Of a DNA stretch of 64,000 bases, positions 1 to 12,600 are shown piece after piece. The position numbers and the translations under genes are program-made. This DNA is from Dictyostelium discoideum (taxonomy: Eukaryota), in assembly GCA_000004695.1 (NCBI GenBank), contig CM000151.3, positions 7,584,001 through 7,648,000 on the forward strand, in the 5' to 3' direction. The notes below the pieces were generated by a model. The model saw only the letters and a list, made by a program, of their open reading frames with translations, did not search any database and had not been told where the DNA came from. Within the stretch, counting starts at the first letter, position 1. Each line of letters begins with the position of its first letter.

Positions 1-583
1 AAAATTAATTTAAAAACATTAAATATTATTAAATTTTATTAATAATAAAACACGAAAAATACTAATAATTAATAAAACTAATAAAAGAATTATTTATAAA
101 TTACCACCAATGATTGAAACCGAATTGATAATTTTCTTTTTTAAACATTTTTATGGAGATAAAAAAAAAAATAAAAAAAAAAAAAAAAATAAAAAAAAAA
201 TATAAAAAAAACAGATATAAAATAGAACAAATAAGAAAAAAAAAAATTAATTAATTAATTAAAATAATGAAAAAGTGTTTTTAAAAAAATGACAAAGTGT
301 TTTTGTTTTAATTATGATAAATTAATATTATTTTAGATATATTTTTTTTATTTTTTTAATTTCAATTTAAATTACAAATCATACATTATATTGTTCATCA
401 GTTGAATTTTCTTACATAATTGCATAAACATCTTGCATAAATAATTAAAAATAAATAAAAAAACAAAAAGTGTACACATTGTGATTTTAAATTTTAAATC
501 TTTATTTAATTTTATTTTATTTTATTTTATTTATTTTTTTCTTTAATTATTAAAAGTTTATCCAATTAGGATAGAATTAAAAA

Positions 584-690
584 TTGCAGGCCGAATTGTT
601 TCGGACTGCGTTGTGGAATAGTTTGCAAAAAGCACTAACAGTGGATCCCTTATCGGTCACGCCCTACTGCTTTGGTCCCAGCGTAAAGAC
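584..690 (-). ncRNA. candidate small structured ncRNA: a roughly 105-nt GC-rich island in an otherwise more than 85% AT intergenic region; class unknown
   Basis: Seen in sequence: tgcaggccgaattgtttcggactgcg...ggatcccttatcggtcacgccctactgctttggtcccagcgtaaagac is about 50% GC, versus surrounding DNA under 15% GC. It contains a clean hairpin (CCGAA-ttgt-TTCGG flanked by GCAG/CTGC). On the minus strand the RNA would end in AATTTTTAATT (T-run, + 574-585). A CCCATAA box (revcomp of + 747-753 ttatggg) sits about 60 bp upstream of the minus-strand 5' end. That matches the Dictyostelium upstream sequence element (DUSE, [A/T]CCCA[C/T]AA at about -60) known from Dictyostelium snRNA and Class I RNA genes. 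Plus-strand alternative: the sequence ends ...AGACAAAA (ACA-like). No match to U1/U2/U5/U6 motifs that I can recall. Confidence 0.35.
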
Positions 691-746
691 AAAATAAAAA
701 AATCCTTCTAAATCTTAATAAATATTATCATTTGTTAATATTATTG

Positions 747-753
747 TTATGGG
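747..753 (-). promoter_or_regulatory. DUSE-like box (CCCATAA) about 60 bp upstream of the candidate ncRNA 5' end
   Basis: The heptamer matches the Dictyostelium ncRNA upstream element consensus. An AT-rich TATA-like stretch lies at about -30 (+ 712-728). Confidence 0.3.
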
Positions 754-1020
754 CAATTTCCCTATAATAAAATTTTCAATAATTGAATTATTTACAACAA
801 TAGGAACAATATTAATTAAAGGGTTATATAAAAATAAAAAATTCTAAAGTAAATTTTTAAAAAAAAAAAAAATAAAAAAAAAAAATAAAAATTTTTCAAA
901 AAGTTTATTTATTTTTATTAAAAATAAAATTATATTTGAACCTAAAGTTGAAGTACAAGTTGGTTTTGAAATTTAACTAAAAAAAAAAAAAAAAAAATGT
1001 TTGTGATTATTCAATTGTTT

Positions 1021-1170
1021 TTCATTTACTTACGCAATGTTTTCCAGTGGAAGTTTAGCTATAAAATAACAATGGTTCATTAAATCTTCGTGTAAAATAA
1101 TTTTTTGTGAATAACTTCGATGTAATGGTGATTGAAAATGAAAAAAAAAAATAACATAAATAGTTTTTTT
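1021..1170 (+). promoter_or_regulatory. conserved promoter block of sHSP paralog copy 1 (GAA/TTC-rich, TATA-like cATAAATAg)
   Basis: About 150 bp upstream of the ATG at 1241 is about 85% identical to the block upstream of copy 2 (3941-4115). It contains TTCcagtgGAAg and GAAaatGAA blocks and ataaatag about 75 bp before the ATG. HSE-like but not canonical spacing. Confidence 0.35.
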
Positions 1171-1240
1171 TTTTTTTTTGATTAAAACAAAAACAAATAA
1201 ATAAATAAATAAATTAATAAATTGATAAATTAATCAGAAA

Positions 1241-1882
1241 ATGGCAACAATCTTTGATATTTTAAATACTCATAATAATAATAATAATTTTGAAAATTGT
1301 AAAAGACAATGCTCAACCAATAAAAGCAATAAAACGATAATTGATATACTACCATCAATGGATGTAACAATGACAAATGATAAACTAATCATTGAAACAG
1401 AGTTAGCAGGTATTTCAAAAGATCATATTGAAATTGACATTAAAGATTCAATACTCACTATTTAAGGTGAAAAGAAAAAGAATTTAAATAAACAACAACA
1501 ACAACAACAACAACAAAAACAATTAGTTATTGAAAAATCAACATCATCAACAACATCATTAGATAGAAAAGAAGATGAAGCATCAATTGAAGAGTTTGAA
1601 GATGATATTAAACCAAAATCAAAATCTGATAATACAACTGTATCTACAGCCACCACCACCACTAAAGAGAACAAAGAAGACGAAAATAAAACAAAATCAA
1701 CTGATAAAAAGTTTATTTCAGAAAGATCATTTGGTAATTTTAAAAGATATTTAGATTTAACAAAAATTTTATATCAATTAGATTTAAATTCAATCAATAC
1801 TCAATTTGAAAATGGTTTATTAACAATTACAATCAATAAGAAATTACATTATTCAAATACAATTAAAATTAATATAAATTAA
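1241..1882 (+). pseudogene. small heat-shock protein (alpha-crystallin/Hsp20 family, hspG-like) copy 1, with an in-frame TAA at 1463-1465
   Basis: ORF 1241-1465 (MATIFDIL...DIKDSILTI*) continues in the same frame after the TAA through ...[39 protein letters not shown] to a stop at 1880-1882. The alpha-crystallin-domain signature is intact (IxxxGExK ... FxRxxxLP ... NGxLxIxxPK-like). Copy 2 has CAA (Gln) where copy 1 has TAA. It is either a nonsense allele/pseudogene or a sequencing error. Confidence 0.55.
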
Positions 1883-2030
1883 CCAGTGACCACCTTTATT
1901 TTCCCTTCTCTATAATGTTAAATATTAAATAAAACAATAAAAAATAAAAAAAAGGAAAAAGAAATATTAAATTAAATATTTTTTTTTTTATTTAAAGTAT
2001 TTATTATTTTATTTTTGAATATATTGTGTG

Positions 2031-2048
2031 TTATTATTATTATTATTA

Positions 2049-2106
<58 letters not shown>
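2031..2106. repeat. (TTA)n microsatellite
   Basis: Uninterrupted tta repeats with one tgt variant. Confidence 0.9.
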
Positions 2107-2124
2107 CTAAATGTATTTTCACAA

Positions 2125-3242
2125 TTAAAAATTAATTTTATTTTTTGATATTACCATTACTGCTATAGAATAGGAATATTTAAAACCTAATTTTTCAATG
2201 AGAGAATTTGATTTAGTATTGTCATGTGCTGTTGAACATAGTGGTATAATATTATTTTCAATTGATGATAATGTTAATTTTGCTTTAACTTTTAATGCAA
2301 TACCTTTACATCTAAACTCTGGTAATGTAAATAAATTTGATGATTTTCCATCAGATTTAATAAAATTCCAACAAACTAAATTATTATTATTATAATAATT
2401 ATTAATATTGTTTTCATCATTTTCATCAACAACTCTATTGACTTTATTATTGTTATTATTATTAATTTTATAACCAAAAGCTAAACCATTTTCAATTGCC
2501 CAAAGTAATTCATTTATTGAAAATTCCGTTTTGTATCTATAATTGTCATCTATATAATATGCATCAGATTTTGATAAAGGAACAATATTATCATCATCTG
2601 AAATTATAGAATTTAATTTAGAAATTACTTTGGTTTTATTGTCAATATCATTAATATCAATAATATAATGATTAAAAGGAAATTTTTTAACTTCAAATCC
2701 ACATTCTTGGAAATATTCTTCAATGAATTTAACTAAAATTGGGTTTTCAATATCTCCAAAATAAAAAGTATTACTAAAAAAAAAAAAAAAAGGAAAAAAA
2801 AAAAAAATATACTTTATTAGTTTTGAAATAATATATATATATATATATTGCTAATTAAAATTAATTATTACATTTCATTTGAAAAATGATGATTTAAAAT
2901 TGCATCATTTAAATTTGTTTTTTTTAATAGTTCCTCCATTTCAATAGCATTTATACTATTTAAATATCCTTTTTCCCAATCAATTGATTTAATTACATTT
3001 TTAACGATTTTAAAATCTAGATTTTCATTATTTAATGTAAATAATTTTATAAAATTTGTAATTAATGATATTGATACTATTACACTCGGTGAATCATAAT
3101 TATCTGTAAAATATTCATATAATCCAATTTTAGTTTGGTTTTCAATAAAATCAAATTGAGGAAATCCTTTTGTTTTTTTGAAAAAACTTTTATCTTTTAT
3201 AGGTATTAATATTGATTTTTTATGATTTTCTTTTAATAACAT
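2125..3242 (-). CDS. hypothetical protein, 2 exons (3242..2872, 2773..2125), about 339 aa; C-terminus weakly GNAT-acetyltransferase-like
   Basis: ORF 2868-3242 (MLLKENHKK...HHFSNE) ends at a GTAATA donor (minus 2871-2866). After an acceptor ttttag (AG at 2775/2774), an unlisted 215-codon ORF continues in phase: I NTFYFGDIENPILVKFIEEYFQECGFEVKKF...FRCKGIALKVKAKLTLSSIENNIIPLCSTAHDNTKSNSLIEKLGFKYSYSIAVMVISKNKINF*. The R-x-K-G-I-A...N..S..L.EKLGF segment resembles GNAT motif A/B. Confidence 0.5.
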
Positions 3243-3940
3243 TTTTATTTATTTATAAATAGGAATAAAATTAAAAAAATGAATAAGTGTTTTTTTTCTT
3301 TATTATAATTTTATATGTTTTATATTTATTTTTTTTTTTTTCAATTTTTTTTTTAATTTCATTATTGTTAATTTGGTCTTCTAACTTAAATGTATAAACA
3401 TATCATTTTTTTTATATTTTTTTTTATTTTTTTTATTTATTTTTAGGGGGGTGGGGTGGTGTGGTAGGTCACATGTTTCACCAAAAATCATTTAAATTAA
3501 AAATTAAAGGTGTTTTAAATATAAAAAAAGGTTAAAAAATGCAGGATTTACTTTTTTTATATTTAGATTTATTTTAATTTTACAATCAAAATAAAATTAC
3601 GTTTTAATTTAACAGTTACCTTTTAAAAAATTAATATAAAAGACCCAAAATAACACTTAATCAATTAGTGAACAGAAAATGTTTTTAGGCAGTTGAAAGT
3701 TAATAATTTTTGTGGTGGTAATGATGGATAATCAGAATGCACCAAAATTATTTTTTATATTTTAATGTATTTCAATCCGATGAGAAAAATTTAAATAAAA
3801 ATTAAAAAAAAAAAAAAAAGTTATTTTTAGTGTTTAGTCTCTTTTTTTTTTTTTTTTTAAATTTTATTTCCAGATTTTTTACCCCTTTTTATTTTTTTTA
3901 TTTTTTTCAAAAATTTCATTTAATTTCCAATTATTTTTCA

Positions 3941-4115
3941 TTTATTCCTACAATGTTTTTCAGTGGAAGTTAAGTTATAAAATAGCAATGATTCATAAAA
4001 TGTTCGTGTAAAATAATTATTGTGAATGACTCCCATGTAATGGTGATTCACAACTTTAAGAATAAAAATATTTTCAAAATGAAAAAAAAATAATATAAAT
4101 AGTTTGAAAACCTTT
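3941..4115 (+). promoter_or_regulatory. conserved promoter block of sHSP paralog copy 2
   Basis: Paralogous to 1021-1170 (ttccagtggaagtt..., ...tgaaaaaaaaataatataaatagttt). It is followed by an (AAAT)n tract at 4143-4236. Confidence 0.35.
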
Positions 4116-4145
4116 CTTTTTTTTTTTCATTAAATCAAAAACAAA

Positions 4146-4197
<52 letters not shown>

Positions 4198-4266
4198 AGA
4201 TTAATAAATAAATAAATAAATAAATAATAAATTAATAAATTAATAAATTGATAAATTAATCAGAAA

Positions 4267-4516
4267 ATGGCAACAATCTTTGATATTTTAAATACTCTTA
4301 ATAATAATAATTTTGAAAATTGTAAAAGACAATGCTCAACCAATAAAAGCAATAAAACAATTATTGATATACTACCACCAATGGATGTAACAATTACAAA
4401 TGATAAACTAATCATTGAAACAGAGTTAGCAGGTATTTCAAAAGATCAAATTGAAATTGACATTAAAGATTCAATACTCACTATTCAAGGTGAAAGAAAA
4501 GATTTAAATAAACAAC

Positions 4517-4554
<38 letters not shown>

Positions 4555-4916
4555 TTAGTTATAGAAAAATCAACATCAACATCATCAACTTTTAGATAGA
4601 AAAGAAGATGAAGCATCAATTGAAGAAGTTTGAAGATGATATTAAACCAAAATCAAAATCTGACAACAGAACTGTATCTACTACAACCACCGCTACTAAA
4701 GAGAATAAAGAAGATGAAAATAAAACAAAATCAAGTGATAAAAAGTTTATTTCAGAAAGATCATTTGGTAATTTTAAAAGATATTTAGATTTAACAAAAG
4801 TTTTATATCAATTAGATTTATATTCAATCAATACTCAATTTGAAAATGGTTTATTAACAATTACAATCAATAAGAAATTACATTATTCAAATACAATTAA
4901 AATTAATATAAATTAA
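4267..4916 (+). pseudogene. small heat-shock protein (alpha-crystallin/Hsp20, hspG-like) copy 2, two frameshifts
   Basis: ORF 4267-4599 matches copy 1, then a 4-bp insertion (catcaACTTttagatag vs catcattagatag) and an extra A (gaagaAgtttgaa) move the frame twice. The C-terminal half (…[39 protein letters not shown]) is read in ORF 4608-4916. It is about 90% nt identical to copy 1. Confidence 0.5.
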
Positions 4917-5218
4917 CCAGTGACCACTTTTATTTTCCCTTCTTTATAATTCTGGAAATACATGTACATAATAATAAATAATAATACATTTAATAAAATA
5001 ATAAAATAAATACTTTTTGTAAAAACTTTAAAATAAATATGAAATTAATTTTTTCCTTTTTATGATTTTCTTTTTAAACTCTTTGATATGTATATATAAG
5101 TAATTATGAAAAAAATTTAAATTTATTTGATATGATTTTAAGACACGTATTAATTATAAACATCAAACTACAAATAGGGTTTTTTATTATATATATAAAA
5201 AAATTGTTGAAATTTTAT

Positions 5219-7516
5219 TTATTTGTTAATTTTTTTTAACTTGTTTAAAAGAACACTTTCACCTTTTTTACGATAAATTAAAAAACCAATTGCACCAATT
5301 GCGGAAACACCAACAACACTTGCAACTACAGCGACTGGGATAACATAACTTTTTCTTCCATCTTTTGAATTACCACATTCATTTTTAAATTCTGGACTAA
5401 TTAAGACTGAGAAATCTGGATCAATGATACAAGATTCAATGCAATGTGGTAAATCTAATGAAATTGAAATTGAATCCTTACTTTCATTTTTCATTGAAGT
5501 TAATAAATATGTTGGTCTTCCGTCTGAAACTAACTTGTTTATAAATCTTCCTTCTAAAATTTTATTATTTTTTGAAATTTTAATATAATTGAAAGTAGAT
5601 TCACCATCTTTATTATTGATTGTATTAATTGATGTATCCATTTCATTACATTCATTATCATCTGAATTTATTTGATCTACTGATGAAACTAATTCTAATT
5701 TTAAAGTATTTAAGTTATTTTTGTATGAATAGTTATAAATTCCAATACTAAATTTAATTGAACCATATTGTAAATTAAATGTTTCATCTGCAAATGTATA
5801 TTCTTTACCATTTCTGTTTGTAATTTCTTCAATCTTTGAAATAATTGAGCAATTGCTTTGAATTGTTTGAGATAATGTGTAAATAATTTCATTTTTGCTG
5901 TTTGTTGAATTTGTTGTCCAATTGTTTCGAAGAGAATATGTTGCTACTATATTACCATTAAAATCAATTTCGTATAATGATTTGAAAAAGATTTGGAATT
6001 GAACTTCTTGATTTGAAATTGTTGTATTACCAGTACCTGGATCGACACCAGTATCAGTTGGTGGGTTTCCGTTATTACCTCCATCGCTATCGCTATTGCT
6101 TCCTCCGTTATTACCTCCGCCTGGATTAATGATACCACTACAATCTGCACCATTGAATCCATTATTACATTTACATTGACCATTTAAAGTATTGCATGTA
6201 CCTTGATTTGAACATTTATTTGGACATGTTTGGTTATTAATATTTAAATATTGATATTTATCATAAGAGTATGTAATGTTATTTTGAGTTACAACTACAA
6301 GCTTTACACCAAAACCTGGAGGTGCTGTACAATTTAAAACTGTTGTTGAATTATATAGTAATGGACATGGTAAATTTCCAATTGTGATTGATAGATTATT
6401 ATGAGTATCACCAAAGAAGCCAATAAAGCTTGCAACACCACCATTGGTTGTTGAAGGTATTGTTGAAGTTATATAATGGTATGGTATTAAACAAGTTGGA
6501 CCTGACCAAGAATTTTCTTTACAATTGCATTCACCTTTAGTTGTGTCACATACACCATTTGAATTACAATCTAGTGGATCACACTCAATAAATAATATTG
6601 AACAATCACTACCTCGATGAGATGAATCACAAATACATTCACCTATGGTAGTATTGCAATAACCATTACCTGAACAATCTGGAACTGAACATTCAATACC
6701 TAAGCAATCACTACCTATAAATCCTGGTAAACATTTACAAGTACCTGAACTTAAATCGCAAATTGAATTAACTCCAACTGATGTTGAACAATCATTTGGA
6801 CAAACTTGATTATTATCGAAATTTGATTCGATCTTAATATATGCTTTTACATTGAATGAATCTTTTTCAATTGAAATTATTTGTAATGGAATTGTTGAAT
6901 TTGAAATTGGTAATTGTTTACCACTTTCCATTGTACATTGTGCTCCGAAAAAGTCACTACTTGTAATTGTTGAACAATTACCTACATTTTGAATTTGAAC
7001 TTGTTGATTTGTAAATCCTAAATAACTTGAAAAATGTGTACCACTTACTTGAATTTCATTACCTGTGCTTTTAATTAAAACTGATTTTATAATTGGTGGA
7101 ATATTATAATTTGTTGGGAATGTATATGTAACATTATTTGGAGTTGTGAATAAAACTGGAAAATATTCAACATTTTTCAAATTATTATTAGCTCCTACCA
7201 TTGTTGCTGTATAATTTTTACCATTTTGATTAATAACATATGTTGTTGGATCTAATGAAATTGTTAAATTAATTTTCCATAATGTTACATCGAATCCAAT
7301 ATCATTACCAGTTACCATTACTTTATTAAATATACCATCATTAATTAATTCTACTTTTGGTCTAAATGTTGTGCATGGTGTATTTGTATTAAAGTTTGAA
7401 AACTTATTACTAGCAAATCTTGAAAACATTGATTTTTGTGTTAATTTTGAATAACTATTTACTGTTGTTACATTAAAATAACATGCAAAACAAGATGGAA
7501 CTAATCTGAATATTTG

Positions 7517-7583
<67 letters not shown>

Positions 7584-9090
7584 ATTAATAAAAATAAGAA
7601 TTATGATAATAAAGAAATAATAATTAAAACCATACCCTGTTAAATTTCCCAGTGAAACAGCTATTTCAGTTGTGCACCATGATTTATCAATTGTGCCAGT
7701 AAATTTGGTTGTTCCTGTAAAATCAAATGAACCACCAGAACCTAAAAAAGGAGGGAATTGTTCACTTTTTATTGAATTTTGAAAATTTGTTGTAATATCT
7801 GGATTAAAATTTAGATTGTTTGGGAAAACTGTTAAATAACCTCCTATAAAGGATATTTCAATATTCTTTGGAACAATTAAGGGAAATGATCCATTGATAT
7901 TAAATGATGTCCCAGGAACCAATGTAATGGATTTATAAGTGTGGTTTTTAAATAATGTTATATCAAAGAATTCCTTTGGTTTCTTGAATATTGCTGAAAC
8001 ATATATATAAGGAATAATAGAATTATCAAATATATATTGATCTAATGTAGCATTTTGATTGAATGTATCATAGATTGTTAGCATTCCTGATTGATCAGTA
8101 ATTTGTAATTTCTTTAAAAATGAAATAGTTGAGTAATCAAATCTTGGAGAAATTTTAAATGTAACACCTCTTAATTTTTTATAACTTGATAAATCTGATA
8201 TACTATTCAAAGAAATTCTAAAATTTGTTAAGATTGATGATTCATCTGAATTTGCTCCATCTGTATTTAAATAATAATAACTATCAGATGAAAACATATT
8301 TAATGAATATGTAACTTTATCTAAATACTGCATTCTAAATATTGTATTATTTAAGTCATCGCTAAATAATTCACTTAAAATTATTTATTTTTGAAAAAAT
8401 TAAAATTATTTTAATATTATATATATATATATCTATGTATTAACATATAAAACAAAAATTATATTTTACATTAATCTATATGCAGGTAGAGGTTGTGTAA
8501 TTCCACCTAATATTCCAGAAATATTTGAATACCTTACTGTATTGGCAGCTGGAAATTTGTAATATATAAAATTTGGGGTCACTTTTAAATTTTTAACTAT
8601 TCTAAAATTATTATTTAATTACTATTAATATATTTTTTGGAATTATTTTTGACTAAAAAAAAAAAAAAAAACATACAATTCATCCATTTGAGGAAAGCAA
8701 TTTACAAAATTTAATGGGTCTAATATATTATCTGTTCCACCACTATTCAAAGCTAATCTAAAAAAAAAATAAAAAAAAAAAAAAAATAAAAAATTATTAG
8801 TTAATAATTTAAAAAAATCTAATTATTATATTTTAAATAAAAAAAATGAAATAAAAATAATTAATTTACGTTTTAATATTTAGATTGGTCGTGCAAACTA
8901 TATCAGTATTAGCGGTTGTACATATATCAACATATTGGTTATTGGTATCTTTGGTGAATTTTAAAAGGTTATAATCTTGTATCAATGTTGACAAACAATT
9001 ATATTCACTCGGAATAGGATTGACTGATAAACAACCAATAAAATTTAAAAATATTAAAAAAAGTAGTAATTTAAATTTTAACGAAATCAT
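5219..9090 (-). CDS. gene A: secreted/type-I membrane protein with IPT/TIG domain, EGF-like Cys repeats, one C-terminal TM helix and a short basic tail; 5 exons, about 1152 aa
   Basis: Exons (minus): 9090..8870 (MISLKFKLLLFLIFLNFIGCLSVNPIPSEYNC..., signal peptide; donor GTAAAT), 8757..8677 (…LALNSGGTDNILDPLNFVNCFPQMDE; donor GTATGT), 8601..8470 (…IVKNLKVTPNFIYYKFPAANTVRYSNISGILGGITQPLPAYRL; donor GTAAAA), 8373..7636 (ORF 7473-8333 region; donor GTATGG), 7505..5219 (ORF 5219-7429 extended upstream to the acceptor tattcag). All phases are consistent (2/1 across every intron). Domain calls: PPIIKSVLIKSTGNEIQVSGTHF is TIG-like; CxCxxGFxGxDC repeats are EGF-like; SYVIPVAVVASVVGVSAIGAIGFLIYRKKGE is a TM helix plus stop-transfer. 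Confidence 0.75.
7521..7581. repeat. A61 homopolymer inside intron 4 of gene A
   Basis: 61 consecutive A on the + strand. The intron runs 7635..7506. Confidence 0.95.
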
Positions 9091-9643
9091 TTTATTTGTT
9101 ATATAATGAAACGAATTAAAAAAAAAAAAAAAATCAAAAAATTTAGAAAGAAACTTGCTGAAAATGTTCATTGTTTTTTTTTCTTTTTTTTTTAAAAAAT
9201 ATCTGAAAAAATCTCCTATGTTGACGTTTTGTGTATTTTTTTTTTTTTTTTTTTCTCTGAAACAAATTGTTATTTTTTTTTTTTTTTTTAAAAACCATGT
9301 GTTTTTATTAAAGTTTTTTTTTTTTTTTTTTTTTTTTAGATATTTTCTAAAAATATCTTTTTTTTTTGACGATTTTGTTTCTGATAAGGGTGATTGGATG
9401 TACAAAAAATTTAAGCATTAAATTGGTGAAAAGTAATTTTATGTGGCTCTGGTGGGTTTGTCGCCTTTTTTTTTTTTTTTACTTTTATTTTTTTATTTTC
9501 TATGAGACTACCCTTAATTAGTTTCTGATCAGGACCTTTTTTTTAAGACACGTATTAATTATAAACATCAAACTACAAATAGGGTTTTTTATTATATATA
9601 AAAAAAAATTGATGAGAAAATTAAAAAATTGTTGAAATTTTAT

Positions 9644-12600
9644 TTATTTGTTAATTTTTTTTAACTTGTTTAAAAGAACACTTTCACCTTTTTTACGATA
9701 AATTAAAAAACCAATTGCACCAATTGCGGAAACACCAACAACACTTGCAACTACAGCGACTGGGATAACATAACTTTTTCTTCCATCTTTTGAATTACCA
9801 CATTCATTTTTAAATTCTGGACTAATTAAGACTGAGAAATCTGGATCAATGATACAAGATTCAATGCAATGTGGTAAATCTAATGAAATTGAAATTGAAT
9901 CCTTACTTTCATTTTTCATTGAAGTTATTAAATATGTTGGTCTTCCGTCTGAAACTAACTTGTTTATAAATCTTCCTTCTAAAATTTTATTATTTTTTGA
10001 AATTTTAATATAGTTGAAAGTAGATTCACCATCTTTATTATTGATTGTATTAATTGATGTATCCATTTCATTACATTCATTATCATCTGAATTTATTTGA
10101 TCTACTGATGAAACTAATTCTAATTTTAAAGTATTTAAATTATTTTTGTATGAATAGTTATGAATTCCAATACTAAATTTAATTGAACCATATTGTAAAT
10201 TAAATGTTTCATCTGCAAATGTATATTCTTTACCATTTCTGTTTGTAATTTCTTCAATCTTTGAAATAATTGAGCAATTGCTTTGAATTGTTTGAGATAA
10301 TGTGTAAATAATTTCATTTTCGGTATCTGTTGAGTTTGTTGTCCAACTGTTTTGAAGAGAATATGTTGCTACTATATTACCATTAAAATCAATTTCGTAT
10401 AATGATTTGAAAAAGATTTGGAATTGAACTTCTTGATTTGAAATTGTTGTATTACCAGTACCTGGATCGACACCAGTATCAGTTGGTGGGTTTCCGTTAT
10501 TACCTCCATCGCTATCGCTATTGCTTCCTCCGTTATTACCTCCGCCTGGATTAATGATACCACTACAATCTGCACCATTGAATCCATTATTACATTTACA
10601 TTGACCATTTAAAGTATTGCATGTACCTTGATTTGAACATTTATTTGGACATGTTTGATTGTTAATATTTAAATATTGATATTTATTATAAGAGTATGTA
10701 ATGTTATTTTGAGCTACAACTACAAGCTTTACACCAAAACCTGGAGGTGCTGTACAATTTAAAACTGTTGTTGAATTATATAGTAATGGACATGGTAAAT
10801 TTCCAATTGTGATTGATAGATTATTATGAGTATCACCAAAGAAGCCAATAAAGCTTGCAACACCACCATTGGTTGTTGAAGGTATTGTTGAAGTTATATA
10901 ATGGTATGGTATTAAACAAGTTGGACCTGACCAAGAATTTTCTTTACAATTGCATTCACCTTTAATTGTATCACACACACCGTTTGAATTACAATCTACT
11001 GGATCACAATCAATATATGGTAATGAACAGTCACTACCTTGATTTGAAGGTCCACAATCACAAGTACCAGTTTGATTATTACATGTATTTAAACCACCAT
11101 TACATGCTACCCCAGTAGTCATTGGACATTCAACAAATGGTACTGAGCAATCATTTCCTTGGTGAGATGAATCACAATTACAAATACCAGTTTCATTATT
11201 ACATGTATTTAAACCACCATTGCATGGTAATCCATTAGATTCTGGACAATCAATTACTGGTAATGAGCAATCACTTCCTTGGTGAGATGAATCACAATTA
11301 CAAGTACCAGTTTGATTATTACATGTATTTAAACCACCATTACATGGCAATCCATTAGATGTTGGGCAATCAATTACTGGCAATGAGCAATCACTACCTT
11401 GATTTGAAGGTCCACAATCACAAGTACCAGTTTGATTATTACATGTATTTAAACCACCGTTACATGGTAATGAACTGAATATTGGACATGGAACCAATGG
11501 CAATGAGCAATTACTTCCTTGAAACGATGAGCTACAATTACAAGTACCAGTTTGGTTATTACATGTATTTAAACCACCGTTACATGGTAATCCACTAACT
11601 ATTGGGCATTCAATCAATGGTAATGAGCAATCACTTCCTTGGTGAGATGAATCACAACCACAAGTACCAGTTTGATTATTACAAGTGTTTAGACCGCCGT
11701 TACATGGTAATCCACTAACAATTGGGCATTCAATCAATGGTAATGAGCAATCATTTCCTTGGTGAGATGAATCACAACCACAAGTACCAGTTTTATTATT
11801 ACAAGTGTTTAAACCACCGTTACATGGTAATCCACTAACTATTGGGCATTCAATCAATGGTAATGAGCAATCATTTCCTTGGTGAGATGAATCACAAGTA
11901 CAAATACCAGTTTGATTATTACAAGTATTTGAGCCGCCATTACATGGTAAAGAGCCATAAATTGGACAAGGAATGAGTGGTAATAAACAATCGCTACCTT
12001 GATAAGATGAATTACAAATACATTCACCTATGGTATAATCACAATGACCATTACCTGAACAATCTGGAACTGAACATTCAATACCTAAACAATCACTACC
12101 AACAAATCCTGGTAAACATTTACAAGCACCTGAACTTAAATCGCAAATTGAATTAACTCCAACTGATGTTGAACAATCATTTGGACAAACTTGATTATTA
12201 TCGAAATTTGATTCGATCTTAATATATGCTTTTACATTGAATGAATCTTTTTCAATTGAAATTATTTGTAATGGAATTGTTGAATTTGAAATTGGTAATT
12301 GTTTACCACTTTCCATTGTACATTGTGCTCCGAAAAAGTCACTACTTGTAATTGTTGAACAATTACCTACATTTTGAATTTGAACTTGTTGATTTGTAAA
12401 TCCTAAATAACTTGAAAAATGTGTACCACTTACTTGAATTTCATTACCTGTGCTTTTAATTAAAACTGATTTTATAATTGGTGGAATATTATAATTTGTT
12501 GGGAATGTATATGTAACATTATTTGGAGTTGTGAATAAAACTGGAAAATATTCAACATTTTTCAAATTATTATTAGCTCCTACCATTGTTGCTGTATAAT

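Larger units (their letters stand above)
940..4930. repeat. duplicated roughly 1-kb unit (promoter + sHSP gene): 940-1900 and 3860-4930
   Basis: Promoter, coding region and 3' flank (aattaaccagtgaccac...ttattttcccttct) are conserved in both copies. Confidence 0.7.

Noticed and set aside
5710-6183. Short minus-strand ORFs (60 and 78 aa) nested in gene A, with twins at 10135-10608 in gene B
   Set aside because: Alternative frames inside a well-supported long coding exon, duplicated only because the exon is duplicated.
8866-9405. 179-aa minus-strand ORF rich in Lys and Phe
   Set aside because: Only its last about 73 codons (from Met at 9090: MISLKFKLLLFLIFLNFIGCLSV...) are real, being exon 1 of gene A. 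The rest is translation of A/T homopolymers in the promoter.
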